Below are positions 1-10,141 of a stretch of 22,870 bases of DNA, one piece after another. The DNA is from Promethearchaeota archaeon (GTDB taxonomy: Archaea; Asgardarchaeota; Lokiarchaeia; Sigyniarchaeales; SOKP01). The notes under the pieces are model-generated. The model worked only from the letters and a program-made list of their open reading frames with translations, did not search any database and was not told the origin of the DNA. The position numbers and the translations under genes are program-made. The DNA lies in assembly GCA_013375475.1 (NCBI GenBank), contig JABXKD010000061.1, positions 1 through 22,870 of the forward strand, in the 5' to 3' direction. Position 1 is the first letter of the stretch; each line of letters opens with the position of its first letter.

Positions 1-921
1 ACAAAGTTCAATTAATAGATTTTTAATTTCAGAATAACACTTTATCTCAATAAATAAGATAGCTTCAGCATTTTTAGAAATAGCTGTCTCCAGGGATCCA
101 CCTTTGAATGAATTAAAATAGATATTATATTTTTTATTTAATTTCCATAGAAGTTGAGTAAGAATTTTAATCGCATTTGCCCTACCTTCGTGGATATCGA
201 GTCCAGAGTGGCCACCAATTAACCCCTTTACTGACATTTTTACTGGCATTAAAAAAGTTTTATTTTCAGATAATGAGATTCTTTTCATTTTTATGCCAAC
301 TCTATGAATAAGAATGGCAGCACTTCCAATTGTAAATATATCTTCTCTTTCAGAATCGAGATTTATTAAATAATCTCCTTTTAATAAGTCTTTATTTATA
401 AAAATGGCACCCTCACCACTCCACTCTTCGCTAACAGTAAATAATAATGTAATGTCAGTAAATTCATAATTTAACTCTTTCTCGTGGATTTTCTTCATTA
501 AGGTTAACTGGTATGCTATACCAACTCCGTTATCTGCTCCTAGTGTTGTTCCTTTAGCAGTAATCCATTTTTCGTTATCAATCTCAAACAATTGTAAATT
601 CAAAGGATCTTTTAAAAAATCGTGTTCAACAGTATCATCTTTTACACATACCATATCCATATGACTTTGTATTATTATTTTAGTATGCTTATTTAATGAT
701 TTATTCGTCGAAGGAATCTTAACTGCGATATTTTTTATCTTATCAATTTCCGTTTGAAATCCGAATTTTTCAGCTTCATTTTTTATAAATTCCCTGATTT
801 GATCTTCCTTACGTGTATCTCGAGGAATTTTACTAATTTTTACAAAATATTCCCAAAAGTCCGCTGGTTTACCCAATTCTTTTATATTTTGCAGGTCTTT
901 CGAACTTAAAATTGATTTCAT
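1..921 (-). CDS. pepD: Aminoacyl-histidine dipeptidase PepD (M20C family), 3' end truncated by window edge; not in ORF track
   Basis: Hand translation from ATG at 921: MKSILSSKDLQNIKELGKPADFWEYFVKISKIPR...IIQSHMDMVCVKDDTVEHDFLKDPL...AKGTTLGADNGVG...FTVSEE...INLDSE...KGLIGGHSGLDIHEGRANAIK. These are the PepD motifs HxDMV, TTLGADNG, EE, NLDSE and GGHSG. The frame stays open to base 1. Confidence 0.92.
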   Translation of the reverse strand, partial: MKSILSSKDLQNIKELGKPADFWEYFVKISKIPRDTRKEDQIREFIKNEAEKFGFQTEIDKIKNIAVKIPSTNKSLNKHTKIIIQSHMDMVCVKDDTVEHDFLKDPLNLQLFEIDNEKWITAKGTTLGADNGVGIAYQLTLMKKIHEKELNYEFTDITLLFTVSEEWSGEGAIFINKDLLKGDYLINLDSEREDIFTIGSAAILIHRVGIKMKRISLSENKTFLMPVKMSVKGLIGGHSGLDIHEGRANAIKILTQLLWKLNKKYNIYFNSFKGGSLETAISKNAEAILFIEIKCYSEIKNLLIELC

Positions 922-1068
922 TTTTACAAATAGAATATTTTAATTATTTCGATAAAAAAAAAAACGAATTTTAAATATTTAACACTATTGCTCCAAATTT
1001 TTCGAATATCCTCGAGTCATTGAAGGACCTCTAATTTTAAAAAGACTTCTTTGTAAAATAAAAGAAGG

Positions 1069-1084
1069 AGTATAATTATATACT
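1069..1084. promoter_or_regulatory. Palindrome AGTATA-atta-TATACT overlapping the putative TATA box of the zinc-ribbon gene
   Basis: 6-bp inverted repeat containing TTATATAC; a second inverted repeat CTTCTTT/AAAGAAG lies just upstream at 1046-1067. Confidence 0.3.
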
Positions 1085-1106
1085 AGTTTATCTCTATTAC
1101 TTAACT

Positions 1107-1349
1107 ATGGTTAATTGTCTTTTTTGCCATAACCCCGTCACAGAGAATCAAGTATTATGTTTAAATTGTGGTTCGCAAATCAAACCGCTCGAAGTAAAAC
1201 ATAGATTCTTTTGGAGAAAACGTGATGTATTTCTCTCTAATCAACAACCTTTTTTATTTGAAAACAACGTGCTTGAGGGGAAAAAAAGGGAAATTAAGAG
1301 AAGACTTAGAAAACCGATTGGTAATATGACGTTAGATCGATGGTTATAA
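1107..1349 (+). CDS. Small zinc-ribbon protein (CxxC-x10-CxxC) with basic C-terminus
   Basis: CLFC...CLNC at the N-terminus; ATG about 25-30 nt after a TATA-like TTATATAC, consistent with a leaderless transcript. Confidence 0.7.
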   Translation: MVNCLFCHNPVTENQVLCLNCGSQIKPLEVKHRFFWRKRDVFLSNQQPFLFENNVLEGKKREIKRRLRKPIGNMTLDRWL

Positions 1350-1490
1350 TAGATTCGGTCTTTTTAATAATATTACCAAAACATTTATTGGGTTTTTTAA
1401 GTCATTACTCATTTTACTATTAAACCGAGAAGTTATTTCTTTTAATGATAGTTTCTTTGTCAAGGATGAAGCTGTTAGAGGTTAACCTTT

Positions 1491-3269
1491 GTGAAATTAG
1501 AAAGAAAGAAGTACAAAAGTTATAAAACATGGCTCCTTCATCATCTTTACAAAAACAAAATCTTGATATTGCTTGTTTTAATAGGTATTGTAATCGTTAC
1601 TTTTACAAGAACTCTCATCCCTATAATTCTTGGTGAGATAATAGATGATGCGCTAATAGTCCTTGATTATAATGTATTTATTACGCTCCTTATTATGGGG
1701 TTAGCGATTTATCTCATTCGTAACGTTATGGATTATGTAACGATGATGATAGGCCACTATCTTGGTTTGAAAACCGAGCAAAATATGAGACAAGAGTTTT
1801 TTGAAACAATCCAACATATGCCTTTAAGATATCATGATAATGCTAAAGCTGGGGATTTACAAGCCCTAGCTACTAATGATGTTCGAATTATTAACACAAT
1901 GATTGCTCACGGGGCCTTTTATTTTTACCCTTTCTTTCAAGTGGCAATAACTCTGCTCCTCATTATTACTACTCTTGATCTAAGATTAGCAGTAGCATGT
2001 ATTCCTTTTGCTTTTTTTTACATTTACTTCATTTTACATTATCGCAGAAAAATTGCACCATTTGCTGCAAAAAGGTTAAGAAAACATTCAGATCTAGCAG
2101 TTGTATTACAAGATAGTATAACTGGTGCTTCTGTAGTCAGATCCTTTGCTGCGGAAGGTTTAGAACGAAAAAAATTTAAGAAAGCAGTAGATGCTTTTAG
2201 AGATAACTCGATTGGAGAATATTTAGTGCAAGCAAAATACTTTCCGATGTTAATTCTATACATCACCATCGGAACATCGTTATTTCTAAGTATCGTTTTT
2301 GTTTTTCAAAATTCTTTAACAATTGGAGAATTAGCCGCTACGAATCTTCTTTTAATAACTCTTGTGGATCCAACTAACCTAATTTGGTGGGCTACTAATG
2401 ACATGATGAGTGGATTTGCGGCTTGCTCGCGCTTATTTACTTCGTTATCTGACGATGATAACGAAGATCAGCAAATAAATAAGCAGTCATGGCCGAAAGA
2501 GATCAAAGGAAAATTAGAATTTAGAAACGTAAACTTTACATATGAAAATGGAAAGGAAAAGAGACTTCCTGTTCTAAAAAATCTTAGCTTTACTATCGAA
2601 CCAAACCAAAAAGTCGCTCTTGTTGGTCCTACAGGGTGCGGTAAAACAACGATCGCAAAATTACTTCTCCTCCTTTATGAGCCCCAGCAAGGTTCTATTT
2701 TGTTGGATGGAAAGCCTATACAAGATTACCCCCTTGAACAATTGAGACGAAATATTGGCTATATAGAGCAAGATATATACCTTTTTTCGCAATCGATATA
2801 TGAAAATATCGCTTTTGGAAATCAAGATGCGAAATACGACGAAGTACTAAATGTAGCAAAATTTGCCCAAGTCCATGATTTTGTGCAAAATTTCTCGGAC
2901 GGATATAAAACCATTGTAGGTGAGAGAGGTACTAGGCTTTCTGGAGGAGAAAAACAACGGGTGGCTATTGCTCGAGCTTTTCTAACTGATCCGTCTCTTT
3001 TAATACTCGACGATTCTGTTTCCGCGATTGATAGTGAAACCGAAGAAAAGATAGGACTGGCAATGGATAAAATAATGGAGAATAGAACTACTTTGATAAT
3101 TACTCATCGCCTTCATACTATACGGACATCAGATAAAATATTAGTTCTTAAGCACGGTACAATTGCCGCAGAAGGAAATCACTCAGAATTATTCCAGTCA
3201 TCTGAAGATTATAGGCGAATATTTGGAAAACGAGATTCTTTATCAGATACTAAAATATCTATCACTTAA
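1491..3269 (+). CDS. ABC exporter (TMD+NBD half transporter, MdlA/TM287-like), subunit with degenerate Walker B
   Basis: N-terminal TM helices; Walker A GPTGCGKT, signature LSGGEKQR, Walker B LILDD (E->D), H-loop ITHR; GTG start after GAGGT SD. Confidence 0.95.
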   Translation: MKLERKKYKSYKTWLLHHLYKNKILILLVLIGIVIVTFTRTLIPIILGEIIDDALIVLDYNVFITLLIMGLAIYLIRNVMDYVTMMIGHYLGLKTEQNMRQEFFETIQHMPLRYHDNAKAGDLQALATNDVRIINTMIAHGAFYFYPFFQVAITLLLIITTLDLRLAVACIPFAFFYIYFILHYRRKIAPFAAKRLRKHSDLAVVLQDSITGASVVRSFAAEGLERKKFKKAVDAFRDNSIGEYLVQAKYFPMLILYITIGTSLFLSIVFVFQNSLTIGELAATNLLLITLVDPTNLIWWATNDMMSGFAACSRLFTSLSDDDNEDQQINKQSWPKEIKGKLEFRNVNFTYENGKEKRLPVLKNLSFTIEPNQKVALVGPTGCGKTTIAKLLLLLYEPQQGSILLDGKPIQDYPLEQLRRNIGYIEQDIYLFSQSIYENIAFGNQDAKYDEVLNVAKFAQVHDFVQNFSDGYKTIVGERGTRLSGGEKQRVAIARAFLTDPSLLILDDSVSAIDSETEEKIGLAMDKIMENRTTLIITHRLHTIRTSDKILVLKHGTIAAEGNHSELFQSSEDYRRIFGKRDSLSDTKISIT

Positions 3270-3281
3270 CGAGGTAAAATA

Positions 3282-5102
3282 ATGGGACTTTCTGCAGGAC
3301 TGATGGACGAGGAACAAAAACGAGAGTATTCTGATCGTGAGCTATTGGGTAGGTACTTTAAGAGTGTTGCACCGTTTAGAAAAAGCGTACTCCTAATTTC
3401 ATTTTTTATCTTCATTTCAACGATAGCTGAAATTGTAAACCCTTTTTTAATTGGGATTGCAATTGATGAGCTTTCAAATACTAATAGTAATCTTCTAATT
3501 GTATTAGGAGCGGGGGGATTATACTTCTTCTTTTCTATAATCTTATGGATAATTTTTTTTTTAAGGCGTAAAGAAATTGGTAAATTTGTACCATATTATT
3601 TGGAAAAGCTCCGTATGAAGATTTTTGATAAATTACAAGAACAAGATATGAGTTTTTTCGATAAACATCTGAGCGGCAAATTAAATACCCGAGTTTCTAA
3701 CGATGCCTTAGATTTTGGGAATACTACGCTTCTACTCGCTGATACAGTCGGCAATTTACTTATAAGTGTATTAACCTTTGGAATGCTTTTATGGTTAAAC
3801 CTAACCTTGGCTCTTATAACATTTGTAGCTATTCCTTTCATCTTTTTACTCGTTATTTCTCTCAGACGGATAGTCAGGATTGTAAGTAGAGCTTATAGAA
3901 AAGCAATTGGCGACGTCAATGCTGCTATGGTAGAGTCCATAGAGGGTATACATGTAAGTAAGAGCTATGGGCAGGAATCTACAGTTTCAAAACAATTTCA
4001 TGAAACTAATATGAACTATTTTAAGGTAGGGTTTAGAATGACAGCCGTGACCCATATGTGGAGACCATTACTCGAAACAATTGCAGCCATTTCGCTCATT
4101 GTCGTCATCTTCTTTGGAGGTCAATTAGTATTTCAAGGGATAACTAATCCTGGAACAATTTTTATGTTTATTCTATATCTTCAGAATTTCTTCCGCCCTA
4201 TAATGGTCCTCTCAACTTTTTTCCCTCATCTTAGCGCAGGAATGGCGGCATACGAACGAATACTTGATGTTCTTGATTCTGAACCCAATGTAAAGCAAAA
4301 CTCAAAGACTTTTGATGTTGGTAAATTAGAAGGAGAAATTAAAATCAACAATGTAGACTTTTGTTATAGAGAAGGAGAATGGGTTTTTACGAAATTAAAT
4401 TTACATGTATCAAAAGGGGAAAAACTCGCGGTTGTAGGGCATACCGGAGCTGGTAAGACGTCATTGGTTTCTCTTCTAGCTCGATACTATGAATTTCAAG
4501 GGGGATCAATAGAAATTGACAATAAAAATATTAGAGACATGACTTTAGAATCGTTTAGAACAAATTTGGGAATTGTTCAGCAAGATGTTTTTCTTTTTTC
4601 CGGAACCATCGAAGAAAACATAAGGTATGGTAGGCAAGACGCGTCGGAAGAAGACCTCTGGAGAGCTATTAAAATCGTACACTTAGAAGAACTAATTGAA
4701 TATTTGCCCCAAGGTCTTCAAACACAAATAGGGGAAAGGGGGAAAGGGCTTTCTGCAGGACAGCAACAACTAGTTAGTTTTGCTCGAGCAATATTAACTG
4801 ATCCCCAAATTCTCATTCTTGATGAAGCCACATCGAGCGTTGATGCTTATACCGAAGCAATTATTCAAGAGGGTTTAGAGGGGCTTTTATCGGATCGAAC
4901 ATCTATCATAATTGCTCATAGGCTCTCAACTATCGTGAATGCTGATCGAATAATTGTTATGGATAACGGGCAAATCGTTGAAGAGGGTACTCATAAAACT
5001 TTGCTTTCACAAGGAGGAAAATATTCCACTCTATACAAACAATATTTTGAGCATCAAAGTCTAGATTGGGAACCCCATCGCAAGTCTCTTAAAATTGAAT
5101 GA
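3282..5102 (+). CDS. ABC exporter (TMD+NBD half transporter, MdlB/TM288-like), partner subunit
   Basis: TM domain; Walker A GHTGAGKT, deviant signature LSAGQQQ, Walker B LILDEATS, IAHR; GAGGT SD; 12 nt after the previous gene. Confidence 0.95.
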   Translation: MGLSAGLMDEEQKREYSDRELLGRYFKSVAPFRKSVLLISFFIFISTIAEIVNPFLIGIAIDELSNTNSNLLIVLGAGGLYFFFSIILWIIFFLRRKEIGKFVPYYLEKLRMKIFDKLQEQDMSFFDKHLSGKLNTRVSNDALDFGNTTLLLADTVGNLLISVLTFGMLLWLNLTLALITFVAIPFIFLLVISLRRIVRIVSRAYRKAIGDVNAAMVESIEGIHVSKSYGQESTVSKQFHETNMNYFKVGFRMTAVTHMWRPLLETIAAISLIVVIFFGGQLVFQGITNPGTIFMFILYLQNFFRPIMVLSTFFPHLSAGMAAYERILDVLDSEPNVKQNSKTFDVGKLEGEIKINNVDFCYREGEWVFTKLNLHVSKGEKLAVVGHTGAGKTSLVSLLARYYEFQGGSIEIDNKNIRDMTLESFRTNLGIVQQDVFLFSGTIEENIRYGRQDASEEDLWRAIKIVHLEELIEYLPQGLQTQIGERGKGLSAGQQQLVSFARAILTDPQILILDEATSSVDAYTEAIIQEGLEGLLSDRTSIIIAHRLSTIVNADRIIVMDNGQIVEEGTHKTLLSQGGKYSTLYKQYFEHQSLDWEPHRKSLKIE

Positions 5103-5167
5103 GTTAAAATTCCTCACGAAAAAGTGAAAAATAAGAAATAAATTTTCAATTTAAAGAATTTCTAATA

Positions 5168-7207
5168 TTAAAAAGTAATTTTTCCTGTTAATAAATCTTT
5201 ATTCCTCGAAGAAGCTCCGATGTATATAGTATAAGTAATATTCTCAACCTCCCATGTGTTATTTTCAGGATTATACCATGCAAGATCTTTTTTCTTGACT
5301 TCGATTGAAACAGATTTTGTTTCGTATGGTTTTAAAGAAACTCGCTTAAAACCACGCAGGAGCTTTATAGGACGATCTACGATAGAATTCTCAAAACCTA
5401 TGTATAGCTGAACTATTTCTTCCCCTTCCATAGCTCCAATGTTTGTTATATCCACGCTTACAATAAACTTTTTATCCTTTAATTCAACTCTGATATTTTT
5501 GTAGGCATATTCTGTATAACTCAACCCAAATCCAAAAGGAAAAGATGGTTCGATATTTTCTTTTTCCATCAAAGTGTATCCGTGGTAATAGCCGTACTCA
5601 ATCTCGTCAGCATATACATCGAAATAAGGTAAATGAGCGGGATCTTTAGGAATTGTAAATGGTAATTTTCCACTTGGATTAACTTTACCGAAAAGAATGT
5701 TTGCTAATGCGTGTCCTCCGTCCATTCCAGAATACCAAGCCATTAGAATTGAAGGAACTTTTTCTTTCCACTCTTCCATAAGGATTGCGCTCCCTCCAAC
5801 AAGAACAACTACGCATTTTTCGTTTACTTTTACCACGGCATTGATTAATTTAATATCATCTTCTTTTAATCCAAGGTTCGTTCGGTCTCCTAATCCTCTT
5901 GAAATACGTGGAATATATTCCCCCTCATCTTTAAACGTATATCCAACAACTACTACAACAGAATCTGCGCTTTGGGAAATTTGTTGAGCAACGGCAATAT
6001 TAGTACCTTCGTTATAAATTACTTGTATTCTATCTCCAATACTATTTTTTATCCCTTGTAAAGGAGTTATAATATTTTTCTGGCGAATATTACTACTTCC
6101 ATGATCTCCAGTGTTTTTCATGTCAGCTAAAGGGCCAATCACAGCCAAGGACTCCATCTTATTAGTATTGAATGGTAAAATCTTTCCTTGATTTTTGAGT
6201 AAAACCATGCTTTTTTCAGCAACTTCTCGAGTTAACTTGACGTGATCGTCGCAACCAATTAGCTCTGTGCCATAATTTTGGGGATCTTCTTTTGTAGTGA
6301 ATTTTAATACTGTATGTAATATTCTTCTTACAGAATCGTCTACGAGGTCTATAGGAACTTTTCCTAAATTTATTGCCTTTTCTAATTTTCTTCCGTAATA
6401 TTTAGCACGAGGCATTTCGACATCTAACCCCCCCGTGATGCCCTTAATAGTATTTTTAAGACCATTCATCCAATCTGAATGAACAAAACCTTTAAAGTCC
6501 CATTCACCCTTTAATATATCTCTTAATAAATAGGAATTATGACCACAATATTCCCCTCTTAATTTGTTATAAGCCGACATAACCGTAGCACACTCTTCTT
6601 CAATACAACGCTTAAAATGAGGTAAATACACCTCTCTTAAAGTTCTTTCACTAATCTGCACATCAACTTTAAATCGTGAATATTCTATGCTGTTAGCGGC
6701 ATAATGTTTTGCCGTTGCCATTACATTATGTTTTTGAACTCCCCGAACTAACGCAGCTCCAAATTCGCCAATGTGAAATGATTCCTCCCCGTAAGTTTCT
6801 TGAGCTCTTCCCCAAGCTGGATGACGTAAAAGGTTAATACAAACACCTCCAAAAAGATTAGCCCCGTGAGCACGGCATTCCTTCCCAATAACTTCGCCTA
6901 CGCGTTCTTCAAGGAATACATCCCATGAGGCTCCTCGAGCCATCGATACTGGGAAACATGTTGATCCTGGTAAAATAACTCCCCTGGGTCCATCGGTGAA
7001 TAAAAATGGGGGCATTCCTAATCGTTCGACACCTCCACCAGGATAAGGTCGCACACCGAATTTATGATCTTTAATTACAAGCAAGAAAAAATCATGTCCT
7101 GACATAGTAGCAACTTTCTCTTTTAAAGTCATCATGTTTAATGCTTTATTAACAACGCCATCAATTTCTTCTTCCGTCATACCTTTTCTAATATCTAAAT
7201 TATCCAA
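5168..7207 (-). CDS. Glycoside hydrolase family 3 (beta-glucosidase/xylosidase, BglX-like) with C-terminal FnIII-like domain
   Basis: TDGPRG, WGRAQETYGE, KHYAAN, MSAYN, SDW nucleophile, VLLKN, FPFGFGLSYT, GEEIVQLY; TTG start after AGGGG; no signal peptide evident. Confidence 0.95.
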   Translation of the reverse strand: MDNLDIRKGMTEEEIDGVVNKALNMMTLKEKVATMSGHDFFLLVIKDHKFGVRPYPGGGVERLGMPPFLFTDGPRGVILPGSTCFPVSMARGASWDVFLEERVGEVIGKECRAHGANLFGGVCINLLRHPAWGRAQETYGEESFHIGEFGAALVRGVQKHNVMATAKHYAANSIEYSRFKVDVQISERTLREVYLPHFKRCIEEECATVMSAYNKLRGEYCGHNSYLLRDILKGEWDFKGFVHSDWMNGLKNTIKGITGGLDVEMPRAKYYGRKLEKAINLGKVPIDLVDDSVRRILHTVLKFTTKEDPQNYGTELIGCDDHVKLTREVAEKSMVLLKNQGKILPFNTNKMESLAVIGPLADMKNTGDHGSSNIRQKNIITPLQGIKNSIGDRIQVIYNEGTNIAVAQQISQSADSVVVVVGYTFKDEGEYIPRISRGLGDRTNLGLKEDDIKLINAVVKVNEKCVVVLVGGSAILMEEWKEKVPSILMAWYSGMDGGHALANILFGKVNPSGKLPFTIPKDPAHLPYFDVYADEIEYGYYHGYTLMEKENIEPSFPFGFGLSYTEYAYKNIRVELKDKKFIVSVDITNIGAMEGEEIVQLYIGFENSIVDRPIKLLRGFKRVSLKPYETKSVSIEVKKKDLAWYNPENNTWEVENITYTIYIGASSRNKDLLTGKITF

Positions 7208-7275
7208 TAAATATCCCCTAAAATTTCAAATGATTATAGTGTTAATATTTAATATAAAGAAGTATTATTTTTAAC

Positions 7276-8730
7276 TCAATAGAAGAATTTCCATTCATTT
7301 CTGTCCAAACTGTCTATTAAATTTAAAACAATTTTTGCTAAATCAGTATCCTTCTTCATTAGCTCCTTTAATTCCAACATGAGATTCTCTTCTCCGAACT
7401 TAAGAATAGAGAAAGCCGCAAGTTTTATTAAATTTTTATCCTTTAAACTCTGGAGATTTTCTAAGCAAATATTTATGAGTTCTTCGACTTGTAAATCTAT
7501 AATTACCTTGAGGACCATCTCTTTCTTTTTCAAAAATGTATCTTTTTTATCAGAGGTTTTAACTTTAGTAAGTTTTAGTATTTTTATGAATTCATCTTTA
7601 ACATTTTGCCATTCTTCAATCAAATCTGGGTTATCAATGAGAAACTCTCGAACAAACTCCAATGACCACCTATCTCCCTCATTTAATAAATTCACGATCA
7701 TTTCTTGGTTGATGAGTTTCGATTCCTGCATGTCATTAATTAGGCTCCCATCAACTATCTGAAATTTTTTTACTTTCTTAATGATTAAATCTTCCCAGTT
7801 TTCAATCTTCTCTTTTAGTACCAAAATAGCCTTTAAAATTTCTGATACGAAATTTGGGTTCTCGCTTTCCTCCAATTTTTTTAAGATAATTGATAGGAAC
7901 TTATCGTTATTATAATATCTCTTCGCAATAAGATATAATGAACCATATGGATATCTTAAAGAATTCACAAATTCGAGAGTTTCTTCCTCAAGTGATAATT
8001 CTAATATCGCACCAACCCTAAAAATATTTTCTTGAAGTGATTTTACGTTTTTTAAGAATTCTTGGTCAGTAATCTTGTCTTCTTTTATTTGAGTTAGGTA
8101 AGACTTAAAGAGACTTGTAACTTCATTCAATTTGGTGACTTCTCCTTCTTGAGAAAGATTTTCGAATGATTTAACCATTTGATTTTTGAGATGATAGTCC
8201 CTTATACTCGTATTATTTGCGAGTCTTAAAATTAATAGCTCTACATTTAGAGCAGCTGTCTTAGAAACCACATTTTCAATCAGATCAGATACCACACTAT
8301 CTGTCACTTTATCAAAGGATAAACAGTACTCAAAAGCAGGTTTGAAGCTTATTTTTTTGTTTAGTTCGCATATCCTCCTAATGTGGTGTTCGCGAAGCGA
8401 AGTGCGGAGTTCTCCTGAATCACCAAAATAACTAATTTCTCTGTAATCTTTTAAAACTTCTAATATTTGCTCTTGAATTCTTTTAATTCTCTCCTCTTCA
8501 TAAACAGAAGTTTCCTCCAAAATGTGATGCACAGCTAGAAAACTCCACGCTCTCAATAAGACTTCATTAGTGTTAAAAAGCTCATACAGGAGATTGAAGT
8601 CTTTTCTATTAACTAAAGGCTTGAATATGCTTTTATAGGTCGAGGTTAAACTTGCATTTGGACTCAGTTCTACTGGTGCATATCCCTTTCTCAATTTATC
8701 AATGATTTTTTGGTTGAATGAATTACTCAT
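7276..8730 (-). CDS. Hypothetical all-alpha protein, possibly ARM/HEAT-like solenoid
   Basis: 484-aa ORF, L/I/K/E-rich amphipathic helices (e.g. NEVLLRAWSFLAVHHIL, KNLIKLAAFSILKFG); no catalytic motif recognised. Confidence 0.75.
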   Translation of the reverse strand: MSNSFNQKIIDKLRKGYAPVELSPNASLTSTYKSIFKPLVNRKDFNLLYELFNTNEVLLRAWSFLAVHHILEETSVYEEERIKRIQEQILEVLKDYREISYFGDSGELRTSLREHHIRRICELNKKISFKPAFEYCLSFDKVTDSVVSDLIENVVSKTAALNVELLILRLANNTSIRDYHLKNQMVKSFENLSQEGEVTKLNEVTSLFKSYLTQIKEDKITDQEFLKNVKSLQENIFRVGAILELSLEEETLEFVNSLRYPYGSLYLIAKRYYNNDKFLSIILKKLEESENPNFVSEILKAILVLKEKIENWEDLIIKKVKKFQIVDGSLINDMQESKLINQEMIVNLLNEGDRWSLEFVREFLIDNPDLIEEWQNVKDEFIKILKLTKVKTSDKKDTFLKKKEMVLKVIIDLQVEELINICLENLQSLKDKNLIKLAAFSILKFGEENLMLELKELMKKDTDLAKIVLNLIDSLDRNEWKFFY

Positions 8731-8810
8731 ATAGCTTCAATATTTAGTATTCACATTTATTTTTCAATCTTTCAATTAAATTCCTTGCCGTGGAAAATTG
8801 CGAATTTTTA

Positions 8811-8822
8811 TTTTACATTGTG
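8811..8822 (+). repeat. Direct repeat copy 1 (TTTTACATTGTG), upstream of the M28 gene
   Basis: Identical 12-mer at 10116-10127. Confidence 0.45.
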
Positions 8823-8856
8823 ATTTTTGTAATGCATTGATAAATTGTTGATACAA

Positions 8857-10107
8857 ATGTTTGATAATAACTACATGCATAAATTTATTGAAGATATCTG
8901 CAACGATATAGGTCCTCGGGAATCAGGGACAGAACAAGAAATTTTAGCGGGCAACAGAGTGGAATCAGAATTGAAAAAGTTTTGCGATGAAACACACCAA
9001 GAGGAATACATCAGTAGTCCTCACGCTTTTTTGGGGGGAATAAGGTACGGGGCCTTACTGGTATTTATTGCAGGAATTTTCTTTTGGTTATCGTTGTTAA
9101 TCGATTTTAATGTTATCATTTTGAATCCTATTTTTGATATCCTCTTTTTAATTATAGCGATTGTCCTTATCGTAGTTACGATTAGCTATTTTATTTTAGA
9201 AGTAATGAAATATCACGAAACATTTGATTTTCTCTTTCCTAAACGCGAATCAAAAAATATCATTGGAACTATAAATCCAAAAGATGAAGTGAAAAACACC
9301 GTGATTTTTTCTGCCCATCATGATTCTGCCTTTGAATTTAATACATTTTATTATTTGAAGCGATTTGGGCAAATCACAATTAATGTAGGATATTTAGGGG
9401 TCGGTATTATGTTCATTGCTATAATATTGAAGTTAATTTATTTCATAATGTCGATTGAAAATCCAATTCTATTCTTGGTCTTTGGAATTATCTTTATAGG
9501 ATTTATCCCCATTATATTAGTATACGTCTTTTTCCATAGTTATAAGCCTGTTCTTGGTGCGTTCGACAACTTATCTGGAGTTTCAGTACTATTAGGAATC
9601 GCGAAATTCTTATCTGAGAATAAAAATAGTGAAGAAATCTTCCCTAAATACACCAGAGTTCACTTAATTTCTTTCGCAGGTGAGGAAGCTGGTTTAAGAG
9701 GCGCAAAGCGATATGTAAAAGCGCACTATGACGAATTAGTGTCAAATCAGACTACGGTTGTTAATATGGATAGTATTGCTAAAAAAGATTTTATCGTAAT
9801 CCATAATAAAGAATCTGGGATAGGTGTCAAACACGATCCAATAGTCTTTGAATCCCTTTTTGAGATAGCCAAGAACTTGAACCTTAACGCGAAATTATTA
9901 ACTCTCCCGTTTGGTGCCACTGATGGAGCCGTTTTTAGCAAAAATAATATTCCTACTGCCGCTATAGGTGGTTTGAATTTGAAAGAAGAACTTGCGCCAT
10001 ACTATCATACTAGAAATGATACCCCGGCTGTAGTGGAAAAAGAAGCTTTAGGACAATTTGCCCAAGTATGCGTAGAATATTTAAAACTAATAGATAATCA
10101 AAATTGA
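8857..10107 (+). CDS. Membrane-embedded M28 family metallopeptidase
   Basis: Intact ligand motifs SAHHDS, GAFDNLSG, AGEEAGL, NMDSI and YYHT; about 4 hydrophobic TM segments inserted. ATG at 8857 preferred over the track's TTG at 8845. Confidence 0.9.
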   Translation: MFDNNYMHKFIEDICNDIGPRESGTEQEILAGNRVESELKKFCDETHQEEYISSPHAFLGGIRYGALLVFIAGIFFWLSLLIDFNVIILNPIFDILFLIIAIVLIVVTISYFILEVMKYHETFDFLFPKRESKNIIGTINPKDEVKNTVIFSAHHDSAFEFNTFYYLKRFGQITINVGYLGVGIMFIAIILKLIYFIMSIENPILFLVFGIIFIGFIPIILVYVFFHSYKPVLGAFDNLSGVSVLLGIAKFLSENKNSEEIFPKYTRVHLISFAGEEAGLRGAKRYVKAHYDELVSNQTTVVNMDSIAKKDFIVIHNKESGIGVKHDPIVFESLFEIAKNLNLNAKLLTLPFGATDGAVFSKNNIPTAAIGGLNLKEELAPYYHTRNDTPAVVEKEALGQFAQVCVEYLKLIDNQN

Positions 10108-10115
10108 ATCATTTT

Positions 10116-10127
10116 TTTTACATTGTG
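10116..10127 (+). repeat. Direct repeat copy 2 (TTTTACATTGTG), downstream of the M28 gene
   Basis: Identical 12-mer at 8811-8822. Confidence 0.45.
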
Positions 10128-10141
10128 TTAGTCTCTTATTT

